From Candidatus Dormiibacterota bacterium (GTDB lineage: Bacteria > Chloroflexota > Dormibacteria > Aeolococcales > Aeolococcaceae), in NCBI GenBank assembly GCA_963819095.1, contig CAWFUO010000006.1, positions 320,002 through 384,001 on the forward strand: a stretch of DNA of 64,000 nucleotides. Direction: 5' to 3'. The notes beneath the pieces are model-generated. The model saw only the letters and a list, made by a program, of their open reading frames with translations. It searched no databases and was not told the DNA's origin. Within the stretch, counting starts at the first letter, position 1; every line of letters begins with the position of its first letter. Of the stretch, positions 54,018 through 62,396 are shown in pieces. Made by a program: the position numbers and the translations under genes.

Positions 54018-55892
54018 TTATCTGTGGGCGACGAGCTCGCGCTCGATGACACGCTGCCCGACTTCTGATGGCTCGCCGCCGGCGAGCGCCAGAGTCGGGA
54101 ACACGTGCCGGTAGAGGTGGTAATTGATGTAGAAGTCACCGGGAAACCCGGTGCCGGTGTGCTGGGGCTCATCCCATGTGCCATCGCGCTGCCGTTCGAT
54201 GAGGAATGCCCGGCCGCGTGCGCAGGCGGGATCATCACCAAGTCCTGCGAGCTGCAGCGTGAGCATCGCCCACGCGGTTTGCGACGGAGTGCTCGTCCCA
54301 ACACCGGCGAACGACTTGTCCACGTAGGAATGGCACGTCTCGCCCCACCCCCCGTCCAGGTTCTGAACGCGGCGCATCCAGGCGGCGGCGTTGCGCACCA
54401 TGTCATCGCCGGCGTGCAGCGCGACCAAAGCGCTCACCACGCACCACGTGCCGTAGATGTGGTTGACGCCCCAGCGGCCGTACCACGAGCCCCATGGGCG
54501 CTGCTCGGCGCGCAGATAGGCCAGCGCCTGCGGGATGTCCGGGTCATCGGTGCCGCACCCCACCGCCGCGAGCATCTCGATCACGTGCGCCGTCACGTCC
54601 TCGGACGGCGGATCGAGCATGGCCCCGAAGTCTGCGAACGGAAGCTTGTAGACGAGTGCGCGGGTGTTGTCCTTGTCGAACGCCGCCCACGCGCCGTTGC
54701 GAGACCGCATCGCCCGGCACCAGCGGACGGCGTCGGCAACCGCCTTCGACACGGTCTCGGGCTCCGCAGCCTCGAGCAGCGCGAGCACGACCACGGCCGT
54801 GTCGTCGACGTCCGGATAGATGTCGTTGTCGAATTCGAACGCCCATCCGCCGCACTCGCGCAGCGGTACCTTGACCTGCCAGTCGCCACCGCCCGTGATC
54901 TGTTCGCCGAGCATCCAGTCCACCGCCCGTCGCAGCGCCGGGTGCTCGCGCGGAACCCCGGCCTTGCGCAGCGCCAGCATTGCCCACGCCGTGTCCCAGA
55001 CGGGCGACATGCACGCCAGGAGGCGGAATCCATCCGCATCGTCGATGCTGAAGCGACGGAAGCCCTCGAGGCCGCGCCGTATCACCGGGTGATCGACGGA
55101 CATACCTTCGAGATTCAGCGCGATCAGTGAATAGACCCACGGTGGTTGGATCCCGCCCCATCCACCGTCCGCCTCCTGCCGTTCGATGATCCACTCCACA
55201 AGCTTGGTGCGCGAGGATCCGCGTCCCGGCTGGTGTGGGAGCCGGTCGTACAGCTTGAGCAGGTGGTCGAGCCAGAGGAAGACACCGGACCCGGAGACAC
55301 GGTGCATGCGTCGTGCACTGCCGGGAACGATCACCTCGCCGACGTCAACGCCGAGGTCGCGCACCGGACGGCGCGAGATGACGATGAGCAGTGGTGCGAC
55401 GGTACCCCGCGCCCAGCAGGCGAAGTCGTAGAGGTTGAGCGGCGCCCACGACGGGAGTCGCACCAGCTCGGGCGGCATGCTGGGCACGCCGTCCCACGGG
55501 TAGATGCCGAAGAGCGCAAGCCAGATCTTGGTGAAGACGCGCGCTTCGACGATGCCGCCCTGGTCGACGATCATGCGCAGCGCCAACCGCATCTGTGGCT
55601 GTGCTGCGTCGACGCCGAGAACGCGCAATGCCACGTACGCCTCGATGGTCGTGCTGAGGTCGCCGGGTCCGTCGTAGTACAGCGCCCACGTGCCGTCTTT
55701 GCGCTGCGTACCAAGCATGTGGCGAATCGCGCCGTCGCGAATGTCGTCGTGCGAGACGCCGAGAAAACGAAGCAGCAGCACGTGCTCGGCCGTCATGGTG
55801 ACGTTGGTCTCGAGCTCGCCGCTCCACCAACCCGCGGAGTCCTGATGCTCGAGCAGCCAGTCGACCGCTGAGCGCAGCGCCTCAGACTGCAT
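54018..55892 (-). CDS. shc: squalene-hopene cyclase
   Basis: Repeated QW motifs, a DVDDTA catalytic-type motif and GWGE blocks. The start is ATG 55892 (MQSEALRSAVDWLL). Confidence 0.95.
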   Translation of the reverse strand: MQSEALRSAVDWLLEHQDSAGWWSGELETNVTMTAEHVLLLRFLGVSHDDIRDGAIRHMLGTQRKDGTWALYYDGPGDLSTTIEAYVALRVLGVDAAQPQMRLALRMIVDQGGIVEARVFTKIWLALFGIYPWDGVPSMPPELVRLPSWAPLNLYDFACWARGTVAPLLIVISRRPVRDLGVDVGEVIVPGSARRMHRVSGSGVFLWLDHLLKLYDRLPHQPGRGSSRTKLVEWIIERQEADGGWGGIQPPWVYSLIALNLEGMSVDHPVIRRGLEGFRRFSIDDADGFRLLACMSPVWDTAWAMLALRKAGVPREHPALRRAVDWMLGEQITGGGDWQVKVPLRECGGWAFEFDNDIYPDVDDTAVVVLALLEAAEPETVSKAVADAVRWCRAMRSRNGAWAAFDKDNTRALVYKLPFADFGAMLDPPSEDVTAHVIEMLAAVGCGTDDPDIPQALAYLRAEQRPWGSWYGRWGVNHIYGTWCVVSALVALHAGDDMVRNAAAWMRRVQNLDGGWGETCHSYVDKSFAGVGTSTPSQTAWAMLTLQLAGLGDDPACARGRAFLIERQRDGTWDEPQHTGTGFPGDFYINYHLYRHVFPTLALAGGEPSEVGQRVIERELVAHR

Positions 55893-57210
55893 GGGCCATC
55901 TCCGTCGCCGCACCGGCCCCGCTCGCCGTCTGCCAGCCCGCGGCGTTGCTGAACAGCGTGAGTGCTGCGGCACTGCCACTGCGGACCGCGGACTTGATTG
56001 TTGCCGGCCAGCCGGTGTCGGTCCAGGCACCGGCGATCACGAGGTTTGACAGTGCGGTGGACGGGCCGGGGCGGCGCACACCCGGAGCGGGAATGAACGT
56101 CGCGTCGGGGTCGCGAGTGGCCGCCCCGCGCAGCAACTGCGCCCTCGCCGCCTGGGGGAGAACGGCGGCGAGCTCCTTGCGACCGAGCTCGACGAGCTCT
56201 CGCTCCGGCCGCTGGACCAGGTCGTCGGCCGCGCTCATGCTGCAGCACACGTATCCCGGCGACTTCTCGAACACCCACTGCACCGGCGAATCGAGCAAGG
56301 CCGCAAAGTCGCAGCCGAGCACGGGACGGTCGTACCAGAGGTGGACATCGACGATTGGCATCGGTTCGAACGCCTCCAGGCCGTCGATGCGCACTTCGGG
56401 TGCGTCCTCGAGGATCGAGTGGAGCCGGCGCGGCGGTACGGCGAGCACGCATGCATCGCATGCCGCCCCAGCCCCGCCACTCAGCCTCACGCCGGTGATG
56501 CGGTTGCCCTCGCGATGCAGACCGACAACCGCCTGGCGGAGATGCACGCCGTCGAGCCGCGCCGCGGCGGCCTCGGCGAGTCGGGCGAGCGGCACGCGGA
56601 GATACGCGATCCGCGCAGCGTCACGATCGCTCAGAAACGCCGTCCGGATGACAAACAGACCCATCTGCGCGGACACGCGGTTCAGCGGGGCGTTGAGCGC
56701 CGGTACCAGAAACGGTTCCCAGAACGCGCGCAGCGCGCGGGTGCCCTGGTGATGCCGGCGCAACCACGCAGCCATGTCGCCCTTCGCATGCGCGTCGCCG
56801 CGTGCCGCCATCAGCGCGCGCCCCACCTGCAGGCGATCGAGCGTGCTCAGGTGCGGATAGCGTGCGAAACCGGCCATGAGGTGCAGCGGAGCGGGGAGCG
56901 ACGACGCGCGCAGGTGTGCTGGCGGGCGTGCGCGTGAAAGCACGGTCACCTCGAACCGCGGTTGTACGTAGAGGGCATCGTGCATCCCGAGCTCATCGAC
57001 GAGTTCGAGCGTCGCAGTGCAACAGGCGAGCACCACGTGCTGCCCGCAGTCGACCTCCTGGCCCTCGACCTCGAACGAGGTTGCCTTGCCACCGAGCAGG
57101 CGGGAGCGCTCGTAGAGGTCGACATGCCACCCGCGCTTGGCGAGTGCGAGCCCAGCCGTGAGGCCCGCGAGGCCCGCACCGACGACGGCGACGCATGGTT
57201 GCCGGCTCAT
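55882..57210 (-). CDS. hpnE: hydroxysqualene dehydroxylase HpnE (FAD amine-oxidase family)
   Basis: VAVVGAGLAGLTAG dinucleotide-binding motif. Position between hpnD and shc. Confidence 0.85.
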   Translation of the reverse strand: MSRQPCVAVVGAGLAGLTAGLALAKRGWHVDLYERSRLLGGKATSFEVEGQEVDCGQHVVLACCTATLELVDELGMHDALYVQPRFEVTVLSRARPPAHLRASSLPAPLHLMAGFARYPHLSTLDRLQVGRALMAARGDAHAKGDMAAWLRRHHQGTRALRAFWEPFLVPALNAPLNRVSAQMGLFVIRTAFLSDRDAARIAYLRVPLARLAEAAAARLDGVHLRQAVVGLHREGNRITGVRLSGGAGAACDACVLAVPPRRLHSILEDAPEVRIDGLEAFEPMPIVDVHLWYDRPVLGCDFAALLDSPVQWVFEKSPGYVCCSMSAADDLVQRPERELVELGRKELAAVLPQAARAQLLRGAATRDPDATFIPAPGVRRPGPSTALSNLVIAGAWTDTGWPATIKSAVRSGSAAALTLFSNAAGWQTASGAGAATEMAHAV

Positions 57211-58070
57211 ACCGCCGCCAGCCACGAGCGAGCCATCACGCCGAGCTTCGCCGCCTTCGACAGACGTGCTCGTCCACGGAGCGGCAGTTCCGGTGCGGCC
57301 TCGATGCGGTCGAGGATCCCGAGATAGATCCCAGCCATGGTGCGCACGCAGACCGCCGGCTGCTTGGGGATCGACTCGGTGACGCGAATGCCGGACGCGT
57401 GCAGCCGGCGCGCACGCGAGATCTGCATCGCCATGAATGCGTGCCAGCCCGGGGCGACGCGGCCGTCGAGGATGTCCCGTTCCGTGATGCCGAACTCGCT
57501 GAGCTCGCGGAGCGGGAGGTAGATGCGCCCGCGGCTGGCGTCCTCCTGCACATCGCGCAGGATGTTGATCAGCTGCAGCGCCACGCCGAGATCATCGGCG
57601 CGGGTCAGCGCGATCGGATCGCGGAATCCGAAGATGCGGACACACATGCGCCCCACGACCGACGCGACCAGGTTGGCATACGCGCTCAACTCGTCCCAGG
57701 TCTCGTATCGGGTTGTCGTGAGATCCATGGCCACGCCATCGATGAGCATGTCCAGCTCGGCGAGCGGAATCGCGTGGCGCCGCATGGCGATCGCGAGCAG
57801 ACCCATGACCGGGTCGGTGCTGTCACCGGGGCGGGTGTCGCGCAGGCGGCGCCGATGATGCTCGAGGCGCTCGTCGCGCGAGGCCCGGCCGTCGAGGTCG
57901 GCGTCGTCGTCGACCTGGCGCGCAAAGTCGTAGAGCGCATAGATCGATGTGCGCTGCTGGCGTGGCAGCGCGATGAATCCCCAGTAGAAGTTGGCCGCCT
58001 CGCGACGCGCCATGTCCTCGCAGTAGCGCTCGAGCGCGCGCACGTCGGGCTTTGTCGGCGCGTCAAGCAT
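57207..58070 (-). CDS. hpnD: presqualene diphosphate synthase HpnD (squalene/phytoene synthase family)
   Basis: Asp-rich motifs YDFARQVDDDAD and ILRDVQEDASRGRIYLP. ATGA overlap with hpnE. Confidence 0.9.
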   Translation of the reverse strand: MLDAPTKPDVRALERYCEDMARREAANFYWGFIALPRQQRTSIYALYDFARQVDDDADLDGRASRDERLEHHRRRLRDTRPGDSTDPVMGLLAIAMRRHAIPLAELDMLIDGVAMDLTTTRYETWDELSAYANLVASVVGRMCVRIFGFRDPIALTRADDLGVALQLINILRDVQEDASRGRIYLPLRELSEFGITERDILDGRVAPGWHAFMAMQISRARRLHASGIRVTESIPKQPAVCVRTMAGIYLGILDRIEAAPELPLRGRARLSKAAKLGVMARSWLAAV

Positions 58071-59079
58071 GCCGTTGGCTCGCTGTTTTCACCGGCGCCT
58101 TGACAGCGCTGTGTGGTGCGGCTCGAGGGGGGAGGCCGACGATGTGCTCAGCTTGTCCGCTCGCTCGTCGCGCAAGCACATTGTCGCGCTCCTCGCTCGC
58201 TCCCAAATTCGCTGATCGCCGGCCTCCCCCCTCGAGCCTGGAACGCCTCGTCCCATTGGTCGCCATCGTCGATGCTAAGGCGCCGGCGACGATGCGCACG
58301 CGCGCTGCCTTATCGACTGAGGGACGCTGCTTCTCGGTGCGATATCCGGTTGCGGCGATGGCGTCGAGGATGGCTTCGCCACCCAGCCTGTACAGGGCGA
58401 GTTGCACGCGCAGGCGTCTCGGTGCCATCGCTTCCAGCGCGATCCCCGACGCAAGGAGAGTCCGGGCTCGTTCGCACATCGAGCGAGTCGCTCCTTCGAT
58501 ACCGAGCTTGCGAATGTCGCTCTGCAAGAGGTAGGTGCGGCCGAGACGCTTGTCCACCGAGACGTCCTGCGCGAAGTTGGCGAGCTGCAGCCCGATGCAC
58601 ACGTCGTCGCTCAACGCGACGGCCGCAGGATTGCGGATCTCGAAGAGACGGAGCACGATCCGCCCGACCGGCGCGGCGGAGTGCGTGCAGTATCCGCGCA
58701 AGGCCGCCCAGTCCTCGTACGTATCGATGCGCTGGTCCTGCACGTTGGCGTCGATCAGATCGATGAAGGGCTGAGCGTCCAGCTGGAAACGCCGGACGGT
58801 GTCACTCAAAGCCACCAGCACGGGATGAGTCCGCTCGTCGTAGTCGAAGCTTTCGCGTGTCTCGTCGAGCCAGCGGCGCAGGCGTCGAATCGCGACGGCG
58901 CGGTCGCCGCTCTCGTCACCGAGGTCGTCGGTGAAGCGGCAGAACGCGTACACCCTGGTGAGGTCGCGACGCAGCCCACGCGGTGACAGCCGCGAGGCGA
59001 CGGTGAAATTCTCGTAGTGCTGCACGAGCCGGCGGCAGTATGCGTCGGCTGCCTCGAGCGACACGGTGGCCTGGGCCAT
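58063..59079 (-). CDS. hpnC: hydroxysqualene synthase HpnC with an about 55-aa C-terminal tail encoded by a palindromic repeat
   Basis: Motifs YAFCRFTDDLGDE and NFAQDVSVDKRLGRTYL. The ATG at 59079 lies 1 nt after the fni stop. The family-like sequence ends near ...VRIVAGALA, and the ORF then continues through the repeat at 58121-58237. Confidence 0.85.
   Translation of the reverse strand: MAQATVSLEAADAYCRRLVQHYENFTVASRLSPRGLRRDLTRVYAFCRFTDDLGDESGDRAVAIRRLRRWLDETRESFDYDERTHPVLVALSDTVRRFQLDAQPFIDLIDANVQDQRIDTYEDWAALRGYCTHSAAPVGRIVLRLFEIRNPAAVALSDDVCIGLQLANFAQDVSVDKRLGRTYLLQSDIRKLGIEGATRSMCERARTLLASGIALEAMAPRRLRVQLALYRLGGEAILDAIAATGYRTEKQRPSVDKAARVRIVAGALASTMATNGTRRSRLEGGGRRSANLGASEERDNVLARRASGQAEHIVGLPPRAAPHSAVKAPVKTASQRHA
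58121..58237 (-). repeat. palindromic repeat (23-bp outer stem) homologous in its core to the 39.55-39.62 kb element
   Basis: GCTCGAGGGGGGAGGCCGACGAT pairs with ATCGCCGGCCTCCCCCCTCGAGC at 22 of 23 positions, and the mismatch is G-U on the minus strand. Core blocks GCTCAGCTTGTC, TCGCGCAAGCACATTGTCGCGCTC and CAAATTCGC are shared collinearly with 39549-39617 (reverse complement). Confidence 0.8.
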
Positions 59080-59080
59080 G

Positions 59081-60166
59081 TCAGAGGGCTCGCCCGTCGC
59101 ACCGGACCAGGCCGGCGTCACGACGGAGATCGGCGACCCTTGACGCGCCGACGCAGAACATGGCGAGACGCAACTCCTCGAGGATCACGGTAACGGTCTC
59201 CTCGAGCGCGTCGTCGCCGCCGGCGGCTGCGCGCACCAGCGGCCCCGCGATGCCGACCAAGTCCGCACCGAAGGTCAGCGCCTTGGCGACGTCGATGCCG
59301 TTGCGCACGCCGCCGCTGGCGATCAGCACGTCGGTCGGCGCGGCACTGCGCGCGCGGATCAGCGCCTCGGTGGTCGGGATTCCCCATCCCGCGAAGGACG
59401 CGGCGACACGCGCGCGGACGGGATCCTTCATGCGATGGCGTTCCACCTCGCTCCAGGACGTTCCGCCCGCCCCCGCGACGTCGACGGCTGCCACGCCCAC
59501 GTCGAAAAGCCGGGTGACCAGGTCGTCGGCGATCCCCCAGCCGACCTCCTTGACGATCACCGGCGCACCCAGGCTTGCGCAGAGCGCCGCGATGCGGGCC
59601 AGCAGCCCACCGAAGGTGGTGTTGCCGGAGGTCTGGAGCGCCTCCTGGAGCGGGTTCAGATGGAGCACGAGCGCGTCGGCCCGCAGGACGCGAAGCAGAT
59701 GACGGCATTCGTCGGTGCCGACGCCGAGGTTGAGCTGCACCGCTCCGAGGTTGGCGAGCAGGGGCACATCCGGTGCAAGCGAGCGGACGTCGAATGTCGG
59801 CAGGACCTCGGGCTGTTCGAGCAGGACTCGGCACGAACCCAGACCCATGGCGAGGCCGTGCGCCTGAGCGACTCGCGCGAGCCGCTCGTTGATCACCCGC
59901 GCCTGCTCGGTGCCACCGGTCATGCAGGAGATGAGCAGCGGCGCATCCACATGCGTGCCGAGCAGGTGGCTGCGCAGCGTCACATCGCTGAGGTCGATCT
60001 CCGGCAGCGCACGGTGCACGAAACGCCAGTCGTCAAAACCGCTCTCGATGCCCTTGGCAGCGACGTCCTCGTCGATGTTGATGCGCAGGTGCTCGTCCTT
60101 GCGCGAGGCCGTGCGCGATCCGGTCTTCGCGTCGGTACTCGCGTCAGCGGTTGCGTTCAGCAACAT
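59081..60166 (-). CDS. fni: type 2 isopentenyl-diphosphate delta-isomerase (FMN-dependent)
   Basis: Blocks ISCMTGG, VKEVGWG, VAGAGGTSW, ASGGVRNG. The start is ATG 60166, because the longer ORF to 60556 overlaps the upstream gene. Confidence 0.9.
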   Translation of the reverse strand: MLLNATADASTDAKTGSRTASRKDEHLRINIDEDVAAKGIESGFDDWRFVHRALPEIDLSDVTLRSHLLGTHVDAPLLISCMTGGTEQARVINERLARVAQAHGLAMGLGSCRVLLEQPEVLPTFDVRSLAPDVPLLANLGAVQLNLGVGTDECRHLLRVLRADALVLHLNPLQEALQTSGNTTFGGLLARIAALCASLGAPVIVKEVGWGIADDLVTRLFDVGVAAVDVAGAGGTSWSEVERHRMKDPVRARVAASFAGWGIPTTEALIRARSAAPTDVLIASGGVRNGIDVAKALTFGADLVGIAGPLVRAAAGGDDALEETVTVILEELRLAMFCVGASRVADLRRDAGLVRCDGRAL

Positions 60167-61190
60167 GGATCGCCAGGTCCGCGAAGTCGGTGAGCGCCTC
60201 GTCGGGGAGGCAGGTGAGCGCTGCGATGGCGTCTCGCGCCAGCACCATCGGGACCCCGGCGGTGAGTGCGGGCCCACCGAGATCCTCGAGGAGCGCGCGC
60301 AGGCGGAACTCGCCGCCGGGCTCACGTTCGCGGAAGAGCCGGCGCAGCTCGCGACGCCCGGCGGGCGTCGACACCTCATAGGCTGCGACGACGGGGTAGG
60401 TGAGCTTGCGCCTGCGCAGGTCGCCGCTCCGGCCCTTGCCGGTGACCTGCGGGTCGCCCCAGGTGCCCAGCCAGTCGTCGCGGACCTGGAATGCGAGACC
60501 GAGCAGTCTCCCGGCAGCATCGAACCGCCGGGCAACATCGCGAGGCGCGCCGGCAAGGACCGCGCCCGCGGCCATGGCGGCTCCGATCAGCGCGCCGGTC
60601 TTCATGGTGACCAGCCGGAGGTACGTCGCCTGCGCGGCGCCGGCCCGGCCCTCGAGGGAGAGGTCGAGGCACTGGCCCTCGACGACCTGGACGACGGCGG
60701 CGCTGAGCAGATGAGCAGCGCGCATTCGCCGTCCGGGCCTCGGCCCCGGGGCGAGCAGCCCGCTCATCGCGTTGGCGAACATGCCGTCGCCGGCATTGAT
60801 CCCCTGCTCGGTTCCCCAGATGGTCCACACAGTGGGGCGGTGGCGCCGGAGCTGGTCCCCATCCTGGATGTCGTCGTGAATCAGTGTGAAGTTGTGGATG
60901 AGCTCGACCGCGACGGCCGCGGGAAGGGCCCACGCCGGCTCACCTCCGAGCGACTCGCACGCCCAGAGCGCCAGCGCGGGGCGGATGCGCTTCCCTGCGG
61001 GGTCGTTGGCGGGACGGCCCTGCGCGTCCGTATAGCCGAGGTGGTACGCGGACATCTGGCGGAGCAGCCCCCGCGTGCGGGGGGCGGTCTTTCGAAGGCC
61101 GTGGTCGAGCAACTCGGTGTGCCGATCGAGGAGCGCCGGTAGCGCCTCGATCGGGGGCGACGCATCGATGTCGAGAACGCGTTCCGCCAT
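60144..61190 (-). CDS. polyprenyl diphosphate synthase (FPP/GGPP synthase family)
   Basis: First Asp-rich motif LIHDDIQDGD and second motif FQVRDDWLGTWGD. GGGGAGG SD before ATG 61190. Confidence 0.9.
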   Translation of the reverse strand: MAERVLDIDASPPIEALPALLDRHTELLDHGLRKTAPRTRGLLRQMSAYHLGYTDAQGRPANDPAGKRIRPALALWACESLGGEPAWALPAAVAVELIHNFTLIHDDIQDGDQLRRHRPTVWTIWGTEQGINAGDGMFANAMSGLLAPGPRPGRRMRAAHLLSAAVVQVVEGQCLDLSLEGRAGAAQATYLRLVTMKTGALIGAAMAAGAVLAGAPRDVARRFDAAGRLLGLAFQVRDDWLGTWGDPQVTGKGRSGDLRRRKLTYPVVAAYEVSTPAGRRELRRLFREREPGGEFRLRALLEDLGGPALTAGVPMVLARDAIAALTCLPDEALTDFADLAIHVAERNR

Positions 61191-61283
61191 GGGCCTCCCC
61201 CTGCAAGGAAGCTTTCTACGTCGTAACTATCGCCGAATGGTAACCAACGCGGTTCTACGACGGCAAGTCGAGCAAACGCAGCG

Positions 61284-62336
61284 TCAGAAGTCGACGGCAG
61301 CCGGGAGCACCACCTGGAACTCCGTCCCCCGGCGAGGCTCGGAGGTCACCGAAACCGTGCCGCCGTGCGCCTCCACGACGTGGCGGACGATGGCCAGTCC
61401 AAGCCCGGAGCCCTCGCCGTCGCGCTGACGCGAGCTGTCCGCCTTCCAGAAGCGCTCGTAGATGCGGGGCAGATCGGCAGGCGTGATCCCCACGCCGGTA
61501 TCGCGGCAGCGGAGCACCACCTGGCCGGCGGGTCCGGGGGCGGCGCTGATCGAGATGACGCCGCCCGACGGCGTGAACTTGATCGCGTTGTGCGCGAGGT
61601 TGCGGAGTACCTGGCCGAGGTGCGAGGCGTCGCCGGTCAGGTCCGGGGTGCCCTCCTCGACACTTATCTCGAGCGAGACACCCTTGCTCTCGGCAAGAGG
61701 ACGGAGGCGGTCGAGGCTGCCCATGAGCACCGAGATCGCGACGCGTTCACTGGCCATGGGCCGCAGCCCGGACTCGATGGTGCTGAGCTCGAGCAGCTCC
61801 TCGACCATCTGCGCCATATGGGCTGCCTCCTGACCGATGCGGCGGACGAAGTCGGCCGCGGCACCCGGGTCCTCGAGGCCGCCATTGGCCAGCGTCTCGG
61901 CGATGAGCTGCACCGCGGTGATCGGCGTGCGCAGCTCATGCGAGACGTTACTGACAAAGTCGCGCCGAACTCGTTCGAGATGGTGCACGCGCGTCTCGTC
62001 GCGCACCATGAGCAATGTCGACACCTCGCCGCTGAGCGCGATCGCCCTGGCGTTGAAGTCGCGGTCGTGCAAGGTGATCGCACGCTCCTCGACCCGGCGA
62101 CTCTGGCGCGCGGCGTCGAGGAGACGGATGATCCGGTAGTCGACCTCGGCCGCCACGAAGTCCGAGCCCTCGACGAGCGGAAGTCCGAGCAGACGGCGCG
62201 CCGGCTCATTGGCCAGCAACACCTTTCCTGCTGCGTCGAGTCCGACGATGCCGGGGTCGAGCAGCAGCCCGACAGCCCGGAGCACCTCGATGCTCCCCGA
62301 GCCGGACAGGAGCTCGACGACTTCCAACGCCTCCAC
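61284..62336 (-). CDS. cytoplasmic PAS-domain sensor histidine kinase
   Basis: H-box SHELRTPI, N-box LAHNAIKF, G-boxes DTGVGI and GSGLGLAIV. No TM helices. The GTG at 62336 lies 7 nt downstream of a TATACT box (62344-62349, minus), which suggests a leaderless mRNA. Confidence 0.8.
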   Translation of the reverse strand: MEALEVVELLSGSGSIEVLRAVGLLLDPGIVGLDAAGKVLLANEPARRLLGLPLVEGSDFVAAEVDYRIIRLLDAARQSRRVEERAITLHDRDFNARAIALSGEVSTLLMVRDETRVHHLERVRRDFVSNVSHELRTPITAVQLIAETLANGGLEDPGAAADFVRRIGQEAAHMAQMVEELLELSTIESGLRPMASERVAISVLMGSLDRLRPLAESKGVSLEISVEEGTPDLTGDASHLGQVLRNLAHNAIKFTPSGGVISISAAPGPAGQVVLRCRDTGVGITPADLPRIYERFWKADSSRQRDGEGSGLGLAIVRHVVEAHGGTVSVTSEPRRGTEFQVVLPAAVDF

Positions 62337-62396
62337 CAATCCGAGTATAGGCTCGTCGCCGAGGCGCCTCCAGAAGGGAACAGGTAAGCTCGGTCG

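Noticed and set aside
60167-60556. N-terminal extension of the IPP isomerase ORF (491 aa)
   Set aside because: The extension overlaps the prenyl synthase gene in another frame and is Ala/Arg/Pro-rich. The family-typical sequence starts after the ATG at 60166.
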